Virus record (IMG/VR): IMGVR_UViG_3300033146_005951
Location: 1-63,435 of that record
Strand: one strand, 5' to 3'
Source: a virus
Lineage: Duplodnaviria; Caudoviricetes
DNA length: 63,435 nt
Made by a program: the position numbers and the translations under genes. This document shows, in pieces, positions 9,282-18,896 of the stretch; position 1 is the stretch's first letter, and the number at the start of each line of letters is the position of its first letter. Below the pieces are notes generated by a model. It searched no databases, had not been told where the DNA came from, and saw only the letters and a program-made list of their open reading frames with translations.

Positions 9282-9827
9282 ATGTTGGTACAGGTTGGCC
9301 CATGTTCAGTTTCTATATCTACAGATCATGGTAATAATTTTATTGAAATATTCGATGCTACAGACGCTACTATTAGTATAGATTATGAATTTATTGATCG
9401 AATTAATGATGGCGTTATAGTAGATTCTGAAATATCATCAGTACGATGTTCATATGAAATAACTTCATTAAATTGGTCAACTCTTTTTTTAGAGGCTTTA
9501 ATGGTTGCTAATTATTCAATAGATGATTCCGGTCCAGGCCCTGGAGAAATAATTAGGTCGTATTTATTTGATGTAGTAGGTTTAACAAATACAGACCCAA
9601 GTACTCATGCTATTTCATTAAAGTCAGTACCAGAAACATATTTGAGATTTATTCCTTTAATAGTAGATAAAGCATCTTATGTTGACTTACCTCGAGTTAG
9701 GATGAACGGGTCAGTACCTTTATCATTTAGTGTTGATCAAGCACCAATTAATATTTCAGGAATTGCTTTAAAAGATGAGGTACATGGGTTAGTTAAGATT
9801 AAGTTAAATGATTGCGTGGTGATATAG
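9282..9827 (+). CDS. Tail-tube-like protein (paralogue of the spliced tail tube)
   Basis: VGPCSV / ATISI / ITSLNWS / NGSVPLSF are co-linear with IGPCVV / ATLTT / FESIEWN / SGALDMTF of the spliced tube protein. Confidence 0.55.
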   Translation: MLVQVGPCSVSISTDHGNNFIEIFDATDATISIDYEFIDRINDGVIVDSEISSVRCSYEITSLNWSTLFLEALMVANYSIDDSGPGPGEIIRSYLFDVVGLTNTDPSTHAISLKSVPETYLRFIPLIVDKASYVDLPRVRMNGSVPLSFSVDQAPINISGIALKDEVHGLVKIKLNDCVVI

Positions 9828-9828
9828 G

Positions 9829-9993
9829 ATGACAAATGCTAAAAATATTTCTTGGATTGGTAGAAATATTAGGTTTGAAGGACGCAGATATATTGTAATT
9901 GATGTTCTTTATTCTTGTCATACTAAAGCAACATTTTTAGTTGAAGATATTAAAACCAAAGCTCAAAAGAAGATTACTCGAAAATTATATTAA
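9829..9993 (+). CDS. Small basic hypothetical protein (54 aa, not in the ORF track)
   Basis: ATG at 9829 directly after the previous stop; open to TAA at 9991-9993 (MTNAKNISWIGRNIRFEGRRY...). Confidence 0.55.
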   Translation: MTNAKNISWIGRNIRFEGRRYIVIDVLYSCHTKATFLVEDIKTKAQKKITRKLY

Positions 9994-10157
9994 TTACTAA
10001 TTAGGTTATAACAGGTGTATTGATTAGGCACTTATCTTGGAGTATATTTTAATTTTAAGCTCTGGGGATAAATAATATTTAGGTAAAATTAAACAAAGTG
10101 ATTGTAAAAAGATACTAATCAATAGTAGAATGTACATAATATAATGAAAGGGAAATT

Positions 10158-10538
10158 ATGAAATTATTGATTAAAATTTTTGGTCAAATTATTCTGTTGC
10201 TTTTTTTAACTAACATTTGTTTTGGTACTGATTCCGATGTATTGATTACTTGGGAAAAGCCTTTATTTAATGTTAATGGTACTAAGTGTATTGACTATTT
10301 GGGCGTCAGAATATATCAACGAATAGATAATGAACAATATAATTTTAATAATCCTATTGCAGTAGTTTATAATAATCTTTATTGGACTAAATCAGATTTT
10401 ACTAAAAGCGGTACTTATTATTGGGTATTACAATCATTTGATACTTCAAACAACGTTTGTCCTGATTATACAAAAGAAGTCACAAAGACGATTAAAATAA
10501 CCGTGCCATTTGCACCACAAAAATTAACTTATCATTAA
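10158..10538 (+). CDS. Secreted or membrane-anchored fibronectin type III-like protein
   Basis: Signal-peptide-like N-terminus; VLITWEKP..G....YLGVRIY..GTYYWVLQSFDTSNN pattern. Confidence 0.65.
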   Translation: MKLLIKIFGQIILLLFLTNICFGTDSDVLITWEKPLFNVNGTKCIDYLGVRIYQRIDNEQYNFNNPIAVVYNNLYWTKSDFTKSGTYYWVLQSFDTSNNVCPDYTKEVTKTIKITVPFAPQKLTYH

Positions 10539-10542
10539 GCCA

Positions 10543-11793
10543 TTGGAAACAGTAATGAAAAATGCACAAGCTATTAAAGATGCTCAACAACAGTCCAAGA
10601 GTGATAAATTATTAGGTCCAGGCCATTTTGTTTATATACCTAAAACAACTGTTTCAATTCAAGGCTATCGTGAAGCAGAAGTTTTTTCTTTAGAACAATT
10701 ATTTGAGTATATAGATAAACTTAAAGTTAAGTTTGATAATAAAATTCCTGAGTTGGCAATACAGAAAAAGTTTGATGGAGTTTCGATTGAGATACATAGA
10801 ACTTCAAGTAAAATAACAATATTCACCGGTCATGGTAATATAGTTACTAAACGGATGCCTTCATTAATAAAGAAAATTTTAGATGAATTACCTAAAGAAG
10901 ATTTTATTGCTATCGCTGAAGTTGAAATATGGAATGAAGGGGTTCATTTAGGAAGAAGCGCTGTATCTGGATATTTAAACGCAAAGACTCACCCTGATGA
11001 TTCAAATTTAGTAATAAATTTCTTTGATTTAATTTGGTTTAATAAAAGAGATATTCATAATAGCGATTATAAATATAGATATGCACAATTAAAAAAATTT
11101 AATTTTTCTCAGTCTCTTATAACTAAACCTAAGCCTGGATTTAATTTAGTACCTACTTTTATAGCTAATCAAATCACAAGTATTCAACAAGCAGTAGAGT
11201 CGGTATCTAAACCTAAAGAGAGTGAAGGTTCAATTTTAAAACTTTGGGGTGGGTTTAAGTTTAGGTTAAATAGATTTACTAATGAAATGATTAAGTATAA
11301 AAAGTTTGCTGAAGGTCATTTCGTTGTTTTAGGCAAAAGGATTATATCAGGAACTAGGAAAACTTTTCAATATGAATTTGGTGTGGCCCTTTCTGTTTCT
11401 GAAAAGAAAGTTGTTGATAAGTCAAAAGTAATAAAATATAATAAACAAGATTATTTGGTATGCGGTAAAACATATAATACTAATATAAAGGCATTAATAG
11501 GTGATGTATTAACCATTAGATTTAACAATTTAAGTATCTATCATAATAAAAAAGACGAATCATATGTTGGTATTTATGGGCCTGTTGTTTATGAAAATAG
11601 GACTTTAGGTCAAGAAGATGAAGATCCCGATACCTTCACTACTCTATTAGCTATTGGTGAGGAGTCTGGTTTGTTAGTTGAGAAGGGTGTTGGGGTATAC
11701 ATTTCTAAAGTTAAAGATATTTTTATGCAATATCCTAAAGAAGGCAGTAGTCTTAGATATGTCATGCAGGAACATTTTCGTGGCAAAGCCTGA
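10543..11793 (+). CDS. ATP-dependent DNA ligase (adenylation + OB domains); the C-terminus begins a LigD-phosphoesterase-like segment
   Basis: Motif I QKKFDG, III IAEVE, IIIa NFFDLI, IV EGSILK, V MIKYK; ends RYVMQEHFRGKA. The start could be ATG 10555. Confidence 0.85.
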   Translation: METVMKNAQAIKDAQQQSKSDKLLGPGHFVYIPKTTVSIQGYREAEVFSLEQLFEYIDKLKVKFDNKIPELAIQKKFDGVSIEIHRTSSKITIFTGHGNIVTKRMPSLIKKILDELPKEDFIAIAEVEIWNEGVHLGRSAVSGYLNAKTHPDDSNLVINFFDLIWFNKRDIHNSDYKYRYAQLKKFNFSQSLITKPKPGFNLVPTFIANQITSIQQAVESVSKPKESEGSILKLWGGFKFRLNRFTNEMIKYKKFAEGHFVVLGKRIISGTRKTFQYEFGVALSVSEKKVVDKSKVIKYNKQDYLVCGKTYNTNIKALIGDVLTIRFNNLSIYHNKKDESYVGIYGPVVYENRTLGQEDEDPDTFTTLLAIGEESGLLVEKGVGVYISKVKDIFMQYPKEGSSLRYVMQEHFRGKA

Positions 11794-13213
11794 GGGTGAT
11801 TTAATTGGATATACAATTATGAATCAAGTTGAAGATGCAATAGATAAACCAGTAATGACGTTTAATCAAGCTGAGGGGTATTTAAAAGATAATAAGAATT
11901 GGAAGTATAATCCTTTAACCGGAAATTTTCAACAGAGAGAAACAGAGCATGGTAAACGTAAAGCAAGTATACAAGCAGCATTAAAAAAAGATACAATGTC
12001 AAATTTATGGTTAAATGTAAGTGGGGTTGTTCCAAAAGGAAGTGTAGGTGCATCAAAGAATTATCCTGGAGTGTTTGTTATTGCTGCTCAAGGAAAAATT
12101 GAATTTGGTTTTAGGGAACCATATTTTCATGAATATTATATTCATAATAAAGATTGGCCCAATAGTGGCACACGTTTAGTTTTCAGAATGCTTACTGGCG
12201 AAACTTTAAACGATAAATTTATCGATATCGAGAAAATGCTTTATGTTTATGGATTAGATGGGCCTATAGAGAGCTATAATTCAACAAATGCTATATCTTA
12301 TTTTGATCGAATGCATCCTAATGGATTAGATGGCTATCCTCTAGCTCCTATTTGTTATGAAACGCCTAGTATTGGTGGCCCTTATTTTATATGGAATTTA
12401 GGCTATTTTGAGATTCCTTTTCAATATGCAATAACTAGAGGCGGTCATTTATGTAAGCTCTTACCTCCTGGAGAAGAACCTGAAAGAGAAACTTCTTTTG
12501 TTTGGTTAACTATTGAACCAAATACACTGGAACCATACATTTTATCATCACGAGCGGAAGAGAAGAAAAAATTTCCTCCCATAGGCATTTCAGCGCTACC
12601 AAAAAATATTAAAGACCAAGTACCAAAAGAATTTAAATACTGGGATTGCTCATCTTCTGAAGAGATGCAAACTCGGTTATCAAATTTACGTATTGCAATA
12701 AAATCAAAGGAGGTGGTATTAAATTGTGATGAGAGAATTTTTGAGGAGAAAGTAAAGTTTGTTAAGTCTGGTACTAAAATAGATGGGTTTGAAAAGACTA
12801 TGTATATATTAAAAAAGAGATCTTGGCATGGACCCGTGGTTATTCGTTTGGGTGTATCAGTAATCTTTTATGATTTATATATACAACAATCTGAAGATGA
12901 ATGGCATCATTTTGTACTTATGAAAAATCTTGTACTTATTGATTCTTTTACGGGATTTAAAGAGCCTAATGTTAATAATTATGCTGCGTCTTTTGAGGGG
13001 GATTTACTGCCTAAACGTGAATTGAATCTAAATAAAGAATTGGATGTGCAGGTGCAAATTTTAACGAAAGGTCAACTATTTTTAAAAGAGGTCATTGAAA
13101 GCGAAAATGAAAATACTTGGCATCTAGAATTTAAGTCAGGTGATTTAAAAAAGAGATCCTTTAAAGCAATAAAAAATGTTGATATATGGAAATTTGAAAT
13201 TAACGATGATTAA
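11783..13213 (+). CDS. Continuation of the ligase-associated protein in the +1 frame (LigD 3'-phosphoesterase-like); frameshifted, split or pseudogenised
   Basis: Long ORF overlapping the ligase end with no convincing own start. 'EGDLIGYT..VPKGSVGA..GVFVIAAQGKIEFG..HEYY' resembles the second half of a LigD PE domain. Confidence 0.5.
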   Translation, partial: AKPEGDLIGYTIMNQVEDAIDKPVMTFNQAEGYLKDNKNWKYNPLTGNFQQRETEHGKRKASIQAALKKDTMSNLWLNVSGVVPKGSVGASKNYPGVFVIAAQGKIEFGFREPYFHEYYIHNKDWPNSGTRLVFRMLTGETLNDKFIDIEKMLYVYGLDGPIESYNSTNAISYFDRMHPNGLDGYPLAPICYETPSIGGPYFIWNLGYFEIPFQYAITRGGHLCKLLPPGEEPERETSFVWLTIEPNTLEPYILSSRAEEKKKFPPIGISALPKNIKDQVPKEFKYWDCSSSEEMQTRLSNLRIAIKSKEVVLNCDERIFEEKVKFVKSGTKIDGFEKTMYILKKRSWHGPVVIRLGVSVIFYDLYIQQSEDEWHHFVLMKNLVLIDSFTGFKEPNVNNYAASFEGDLLPKRELNLNKELDVQVQILTKGQLFLKEVIESENENTWHLEFKSGDLKKRSFKAIKNVDIWKFEINDD

Positions 13214-13230
13214 ATTGATAGGAGGTGTAG

Positions 13231-13902
13231 ATGCCAACGTATATTAATAATACAATTGGTAGAGTTGTTGATCAAGAAATTGCTTTTGATCCGGATCAAA
13301 TAAAATCAACTGATAAAGTTTTAGTTGAAGAAATCATAACTTTGATTAATGTTACAGGTACATTTGTTACTGGTGAGACTATTGTTGGTGATACCAGTGG
13401 AGCGACTGGGGTCATATTACGGTATAATTCAGAAGATCATGTTTTAGATCTTGTTATGCGTGATACTACAGCATTTGGCCCGATAGCAGAACCAGATGCG
13501 ACTCCACCCGTTACAGGTGAAACAATTACTGGTTCTGATAGTTCTGCTACTGGTGAGTTATCTGTTTCAAAAATAAGATTAACCAAAACTTCTGATATGC
13601 CTTATTTTAATCCTATTACTACCACTGAAATTAGTACTAGTGATACTGATCAAGAGGTTGTGGTTGTTGATGTTGATAAAATTAAAGCAGTTATTATTTT
13701 GCGTCACACTGGCAGTTATATAGTAAGCCTTAATTTAGCTGCTAATGTAGTATCCAGAATATCTGAGTCTAATGATGAATACCTTGTTGAAATTAACGGT
13801 GAAGTACAAAATATTATTTTAACTGATGATAGTGGGGCTACATCAACCGCAATAGTATTGCAGTTTGTTTCTAAAGAAGCAGCATATAGGTATTTTGATT
13901 AA
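13231..13902 (+). CDS. Hypothetical virion-associated protein (acidic, beta-rich, duplicated TGETI.G..S.ATG motif)
   Basis: Strong RBS ggaggtg; located in the head cluster. Confidence 0.65.
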   Translation: MPTYINNTIGRVVDQEIAFDPDQIKSTDKVLVEEIITLINVTGTFVTGETIVGDTSGATGVILRYNSEDHVLDLVMRDTTAFGPIAEPDATPPVTGETITGSDSSATGELSVSKIRLTKTSDMPYFNPITTTEISTSDTDQEVVVVDVDKIKAVIILRHTGSYIVSLNLAANVVSRISESNDEYLVEINGEVQNIILTDDSGATSTAIVLQFVSKEAAYRYFD

Positions 13903-13933
13903 TTAATTTTAAATTGAGGGGGGAGTAAGTTTT

Positions 13934-15013
13934 ATGAAAACGTTATTTTTGCGGAAAAAGATGTCCCTTTCCTCACCTGTTAAGTTTGATGCTCTTCTTC
14001 ATATCTCTAAAAAGCAAGAGGAGCCTGATCCTGGTGGTGAAGTCAAGCGAATTGTTGAAGGTAATGCAATAGTTGCCAAAAATATTGATGAGCAGTTTGA
14101 TGTGATTGATGTTGGTGCTCTTGGAAATGCAGTTGGGTATTTAAAAAAATACAAAACTGTTTTATTCAATCATGATCCTAATCGCCCAGTTGGTAAAATA
14201 CTTGATGCCGAAGTACGTGAAGATAAGATTTGGGTTCAAGTACAAATCAGCAAAGCTGAAGATGATTTGTGGGGGAAAATTATTGAAGATATTGTTAATA
14301 GTTTTTCTTTGAGTGGTGAGATTGATGATTTTGAGTTTAAATTTGATAAAAAATTGAATACTCAAGTTCGTATAATTAAAGCATTTCGGGTTCATGAAAT
14401 TTCTTTGGTATCAGTACCTGCAAATCCGGAAGCTAAGACTTTAAGTGCATACCTTACAAAGTCTTTGGATAAAGCAGGATATGACAGGGAGTCCTATGTA
14501 GAGGACGAGGAAAAACATAAAAAGTTTTTAAAAGAACTTGAATTTATTAACATTGCAATGGAGGTAACAAAAGCTATGAATTGGAAAGAAAAACTACAGC
14601 AGGCGATAAAGTCTATTGGGGAGCTTAGTTCTAAGATAGAAGATACGTCTATCCAGGATTCTTTGAAGAATATACAGAAGTTACTGACTGATGTACTGAC
14701 TGATGTATCTAAGGATTCTGACCCAAATGACGATAAGTCTTTGATTGAATTGAAAAATCTGATTAGTGAACTTGAGAAAAAATTTGCTGATTCAAACCAA
14801 CTTTCTCAGTCGTCAGTAGCTAAGGTGGATGATCTCGAAAAGAAAATCAGTGATGTTGATTCGGCTGTAGTCGGGTTGACTGAAATCATTAAAGAGCTCA
14901 TTGATTCTTCTGATGATGCTAATCCGACGGCTGAAGAAATCGAACTGGAGAAAGCCAAGAAGATTCTTCAGGATGCTGGCATAAACCCTAATTTGATTGG
15001 GGCTAGTTCTTAA
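13934..15013 (+). CDS. HK97-family prohead protease fused to a coiled-coil scaffold
   Basis: VLFNHD..PVGK, SFSLSG, HEISLVSVPANPEA; helical acidic C-terminal half. Confidence 0.9.
   Translation: MKTLFLRKKMSLSSPVKFDALLHISKKQEEPDPGGEVKRIVEGNAIVAKNIDEQFDVIDVGALGNAVGYLKKYKTVLFNHDPNRPVGKILDAEVREDKIWVQVQISKAEDDLWGKIIEDIVNSFSLSGEIDDFEFKFDKKLNTQVRIIKAFRVHEISLVSVPANPEAKTLSAYLTKSLDKAGYDRESYVEDEEKHKKFLKELEFINIAMEVTKAMNWKEKLQQAIKSIGELSSKIEDTSIQDSLKNIQKLLTDVLTDVSKDSDPNDDKSLIELKNLISELEKKFADSNQLSQSSVAKVDDLEKKISDVDSAVVGLTEIIKELIDSSDDANPTAEEIELEKAKKILQDAGINPNLIGASS
14576..15013 (+). CDS. Putative nested in-frame scaffold protein (MNWKEKLQQ...)
   Basis: GGAGGT at 14560-14565, 10 nt before the in-frame ATG at 14576. 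Confidence 0.55.
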   Translation: MNWKEKLQQAIKSIGELSSKIEDTSIQDSLKNIQKLLTDVLTDVSKDSDPNDDKSLIELKNLISELEKKFADSNQLSQSSVAKVDDLEKKISDVDSAVVGLTEIIKELIDSSDDANPTAEEIELEKAKKILQDAGINPNLIGASS

Positions 15014-15059
15014 TCAAAAAGGATTAATCCTTTAAATAGCGAATAGGAGATTATATATT

Positions 15060-16418
15060 ATGAAGAGTTTAGACCTCGCTAAAAAGTTAATCCATGATGC
15101 TAAGGCGCTGAAAAAAAGTCGTCAAAATACAGCACAGATTAACGAATTAGTACAGAAAGCCGTTAAAGAACAGGTAGCGGCAATGACAAATAACCCTAAT
15201 TTGAGAAAAGGCGTTTTCAATACTTCTTTAGCAAATAGAACCCCTACCACTTCAGGAAACACTTCTTTAGATAAGACTTTACTTTCTAAAAGTACTCGTA
15301 CTGGTGATTTGAGAGAATTTCAGAAAGCCTGTGATGATGTTTATGTTGCAAGTATTGTTACTGGGTTGCATCCAACTGAATTGGCTTCCTTTGAGGTATT
15401 AAAGGGCATGAAGGTTTACAAGGATGTTTATGATACCGTTGATTTTATGGATACTTCGTGGTGGCCAAACACTTTATCGCGTGATATGATTGAGCAAGTA
15501 GAAGCTGAGTTGAAAGTTGCTGCATTGCACCGTACAATTCAGATGCCTACGAATCCCTATAAGATACCCAGTAAAACTGGCCGAACAACTACATATCTTG
15601 TAGCTGAGTCTACTGATGAAGCAGGTACAAAACCTCCAACTTCAAAAGGCCCAGCTCCTGCAGATGGTGTTTTGTTTGATGCTAAAAAACTAATGGCTTA
15701 TTCAGTCATTTCTGAGGAATCAACTGAAGATCTTGTTATTCCTATAATTGGAATGATTAAAGAAGATATTGCTAAATCAATGGCTGAAGCTATTGAGGAA
15801 GCAACAGTTAATGGCCAGACTGTTGCAGATACAATTGATACTCAACTTGGTCTTGCTGCAAATGATGCTCGTCGTTCTTGGAATGGTCATCGAGTACATG
15901 CATTTGGTGGTGGTTGGACACAAGATCTTGCTGCTTGGTCTGCTACTGCAGCAACTGATTTACTTCGGAAGATGCGTGCGATTATGGGTCGCTATGGTGT
16001 TAATCCCGCCAAACTTGCTTGGATTGTATCTATTAACGGGTATAATCAAATGCTGAAGAATGAGGATGTGAGAACTATTGATAAATACGGTCCAAACGCT
16101 ACTTTGGTTACTGGAGAGATGGCTCGATTTGATAATATTCCTATTATCATCTCTGAGTTTATACCAGAGAACCTTAATGCAAGTGGAGCCTATACGTCAA
16201 ATACTGATAACGATTATACAACTATCGAATTGGTTTATGCTGATGGATTTGCCCATGGTGAAAGGTCTAAGTTTACTATTAAACAAGGCGAAGAAATCAA
16301 AACGGACCAAAAGTTTATCGTATCACGCGCCCGCAGAGATTTTAAACCTCTGTATATGGGACCAACATATGCAGATAGTATTATATGTGTTGGATATGGC
16401 CTGCCGAACGACGTATAA
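15060..16418 (+). CDS. Major capsid protein (HK97 fold)
   Basis: PNTLSRDMIEQV, IQMPTNPYKIP, AKKLMAYSVISEE..ED, EEATVNG, IPIIISEFIP; follows the protease. Confidence 0.9.
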   Translation: MKSLDLAKKLIHDAKALKKSRQNTAQINELVQKAVKEQVAAMTNNPNLRKGVFNTSLANRTPTTSGNTSLDKTLLSKSTRTGDLREFQKACDDVYVASIVTGLHPTELASFEVLKGMKVYKDVYDTVDFMDTSWWPNTLSRDMIEQVEAELKVAALHRTIQMPTNPYKIPSKTGRTTTYLVAESTDEAGTKPPTSKGPAPADGVLFDAKKLMAYSVISEESTEDLVIPIIGMIKEDIAKSMAEAIEEATVNGQTVADTIDTQLGLAANDARRSWNGHRVHAFGGGWTQDLAAWSATAATDLLRKMRAIMGRYGVNPAKLAWIVSINGYNQMLKNEDVRTIDKYGPNATLVTGEMARFDNIPIIISEFIPENLNASGAYTSNTDNDYTTIELVYADGFAHGERSKFTIKQGEEIKTDQKFIVSRARRDFKPLYMGPTYADSIICVGYGLPNDV

Positions 16419-16501
16419 CTTTTCTCTGCTTGTATCAGTGTTTGCTTTGAGTGGGGGATATATGAGCATATATTCTCCACTTAATAAAAAAGGATTTTTG
16501 T

Positions 16502-17125
16502 ATGATTGGTAGTGTGCAAGGATATTCAACTTATATTGGGCAACCTGTTGTAGACCCTGAGATGATTCCTCGGTTAGAAAATGCTATTGTTAATGCTCAA
16601 GCTTTTATTGAAAATTATATTGGGTATCCTTTAGAAATACACGAAAACTCTAGTATTTTAGATGGTACTGGAAATCGTTATATTTTTATCCCAGATTTTC
16701 CAATTGTAGAGATATCCTCAATTAAGTATTACGATGAAGCCGGGGATGAATGGGTGGATTATGTTGTTGAAAACCCAGAAATTCGTTATAGGGTAGATAA
16801 TTCAATTGGACAAATAAAAATTATAAACAGCACATTTTTTTCAGGATTTCAAAATATTCAAGTAAATCATACTTCTGGATATGATTTTACTGTTACAGCA
16901 ATGTTGGATTTTAAAGCAAAAAGTATTTTTCTCGCGTTATATGAAATTGCTACTTTGTTTTATGATAACTCTGGACTTCTTTCTTTTAAGAGCACAGAAG
17001 CAGGTATTACAAAATCAAGGTTTAATTTTACAGCGGGTTCTGGAGATTCTCAAATTATGGCTATGCTATCACCTGAACTTACATTGACTCTTCATTCATT
17101 TGCTAAGAGGGGTGTAAGTAGGTAA
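16502..17125 (+). CDS. Head-tail adaptor (gp6/gp15-like)
   Basis: AQAFIENYIG, LDGTG..IFIPDFPIVEISSI, NIQVNHTSGY; follows the capsid gene. Confidence 0.75.
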   Translation: MIGSVQGYSTYIGQPVVDPEMIPRLENAIVNAQAFIENYIGYPLEIHENSSILDGTGNRYIFIPDFPIVEISSIKYYDEAGDEWVDYVVENPEIRYRVDNSIGQIKIINSTFFSGFQNIQVNHTSGYDFTVTAMLDFKAKSIFLALYEIATLFYDNSGLLSFKSTEAGITKSRFNFTAGSGDSQIMAMLSPELTLTLHSFAKRGVSR

Positions 17126-17661
17126 TGCATAGATATATTGAATTCTATAAACGTTCAGATTATCTTTTCAATGGTACGTTTATTGATGAACAAGAAATTA
17201 ATATATCTATAGAGCCTGAGGGGTATATTAAAGTAAAAGGAAATTGTTATTTAAATATAGAAGGCACTTACCAGGGAAAGACAGTCATTGAGGAGGTAGA
17301 TAGGCTTTCAGACAATTCGTTTTCTTTCATTACTAGAGTTGTACAAGTAGGTTGTACAGACAATACTTTTACTGGTTCAATCAAGGCTGTTACTTCAGGA
17401 GGAGCCCCAGTTCCTATTAATAGAAAATTGTTTAGTGTATCAACAGAAATACAAAGAAATATACCTTCACGTAAACAAGAAGAAATAGGAATATCTTCTT
17501 TTGATAATGCAATATATCTTTCAATTAGAGATGCTAGAGCAAATGAATTAACAATTACTGATTTTGCTATTATTGAAGGTGATCTTATGACCTTTCAGAT
17601 AAGAGATATTTATGAAATTGGGGTAAATTTATTTTTAGTACAGTTAATGTATAAAAGATGA
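17125..17661 (+). CDS. Putative head-closure/neck protein
   Basis: Synteny and overlap with the adaptor stop codon. Confidence 0.45.
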   Translation: MHRYIEFYKRSDYLFNGTFIDEQEINISIEPEGYIKVKGNCYLNIEGTYQGKTVIEEVDRLSDNSFSFITRVVQVGCTDNTFTGSIKAVTSGGAPVPINRKLFSVSTEIQRNIPSRKQEEIGISSFDNAIYLSIRDARANELTITDFAIIEGDLMTFQIRDIYEIGVNLFLVQLMYKR

Positions 17662-17996
17662 TAAAGGTAAATAAAATAAAAAAGATAAGTTTAAGTTCAA
17701 TATCTCCTCGATTTGAACAAGAAAGGCAAAAAGCTCTTATTAAAATAGGAGATGCTTTGGTTGAAGAACTATTTTTCTTATCTTCAGGTGAAGCAGTTAG
17801 GTCAATAACAGGAAATTTACGTCGCAGCATATTTATGATAGTTACTGAAAATAATGTTGAAGTTGGTTATGATATTCAGAAAGCTCCATATGCACGAAAA
17901 TTTAAACACGTAATTCAGTTAGCTTGGGATAATGTTTATAGTTCATCTGTTTATAAAAAAATCATGAAAGAATTCAAATCAAAAGCTTTTAAGTAA
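17658..17996 (+). CDS. HK97 gp10-like neck/tail-completion protein
   Basis: TGNLRRSI...VEVGY...APYA motif. Confidence 0.7.
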   Translation: MIKVNKIKKISLSSISPRFEQERQKALIKIGDALVEELFFLSSGEAVRSITGNLRRSIFMIVTENNVEVGYDIQKAPYARKFKHVIQLAWDNVYSSSVYKKIMKEFKSKAFK

Positions 17997-18007
17997 GGAG
18001 GTATATT

Positions 18008-18205
18008 ATGACAGATATTCAACCTAGTTTAAATGTCAATCACAAAGCAATAACTTTAGGTACAGCGCCAAATTTAGATAATACTCCTGTTGAGAGCCAT
18101 GGTGGATTGTGTACTACTCAACCAACACCTTGGCAAGAACCCCTTGAAGATCCACCTTTGGATCTTGCATCAGATCAATGTATGATTCCTGAGGATAAAG
18201 AATAA
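18008..18205 (+). CDS. Small acidic hypothetical protein
   Basis: Strong RBS aaggagg. Confidence 0.7.
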   Translation: MTDIQPSLNVNHKAITLGTAPNLDNTPVESHGGLCTTQPTPWQEPLEDPPLDLASDQCMIPEDKE

Positions 18206-18208
18206 TCA

Positions 18209-18619
18209 ATGCATATTGATAAGGTTCAAAAAGGAATACAAAGTTTTATTTTTGGATGTGATGAAGATGATATTTTAGATGGAGGAGTACAACCAGCATT
18301 TGATCCAGATTCTGTACCTACAACTATTCCATTAATGACTTTTAGTTTTATTCCTTATCCTTATAGTGGAATTTTTGATGCTTTTTTAATGGAGTGGATT
18401 TTTTGGTTTAATAATCCACATATTGCTGAAATATCAGATTTGATTGATAATATAGAAGTAAATTCAACTAAGTGGTTAGATATTAATTATGGAAGTAGCG
18501 TAATTGGTAGGATGCAAGTTAATTTTTTAAAATCACCTTCAACTGGTGGAATGTATAATTTAAAATTTATAACTTTATATATAAAAATGAGAACGATTTT
18601 TTATGGAGATGCCTGTTAA
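18209..18619 (+). CDS. Putative tail terminator
   Basis: Size and synteny (between gp10-like and tube genes); 'PTTIPLMTFS' motif. Confidence 0.45.
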   Translation: MHIDKVQKGIQSFIFGCDEDDILDGGVQPAFDPDSVPTTIPLMTFSFIPYPYSGIFDAFLMEWIFWFNNPHIAEISDLIDNIEVNSTKWLDINYGSSVIGRMQVNFLKSPSTGGMYNLKFITLYIKMRTIFYGDAC

Positions 18620-18896
18620 GGTGCATAAAGAACTTGGAGTTCAGATTATGACGAAAACAAATACAAAAGGAAAGCATTGGAAAGATCATCCTTGGAAGTG
18701 TGTTAATTGTGGTTTCATGCTTGGAGTACTTTCACAAGATCTTACAGAGCTTAGAGTAAAATGGCGGGATTTATTTATTACAGTTGGTGAAGCTAGATAC
18801 GTAAAAATTATCTGTCGAAGGTGTAGTAAGGAAAATATATTGAGTCAAGATATTAATAAAGATACGACAAAAATAGAGCGCCCTTCGAGTGCCTGA
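18603..18896 (+). CDS. Com-like zinc-ribbon protein
   Basis: WKCVNCGFMLG...VKIICRRCSKEN; the true start may be ATG 18648. Confidence 0.6.
   Translation: MEMPVKVHKELGVQIMTKTNTKGKHWKDHPWKCVNCGFMLGVLSQDLTELRVKWRDLFITVGEARYVKIICRRCSKENILSQDINKDTTKIERPSSA

Noticed and set aside
11678-11782. TTG 11678 as the true start of the 511-aa ORF
   Set aside because: Overlaps the ligase coding sequence by more than 100 nt, lacks an RBS, and the translated segment looks like off-frame sequence
15018-15033. 16-bp palindrome aaaggattaatccttt between the protease and capsid genes
   Set aside because: Short and AT-rich with no second copy noticed; no function can be supported
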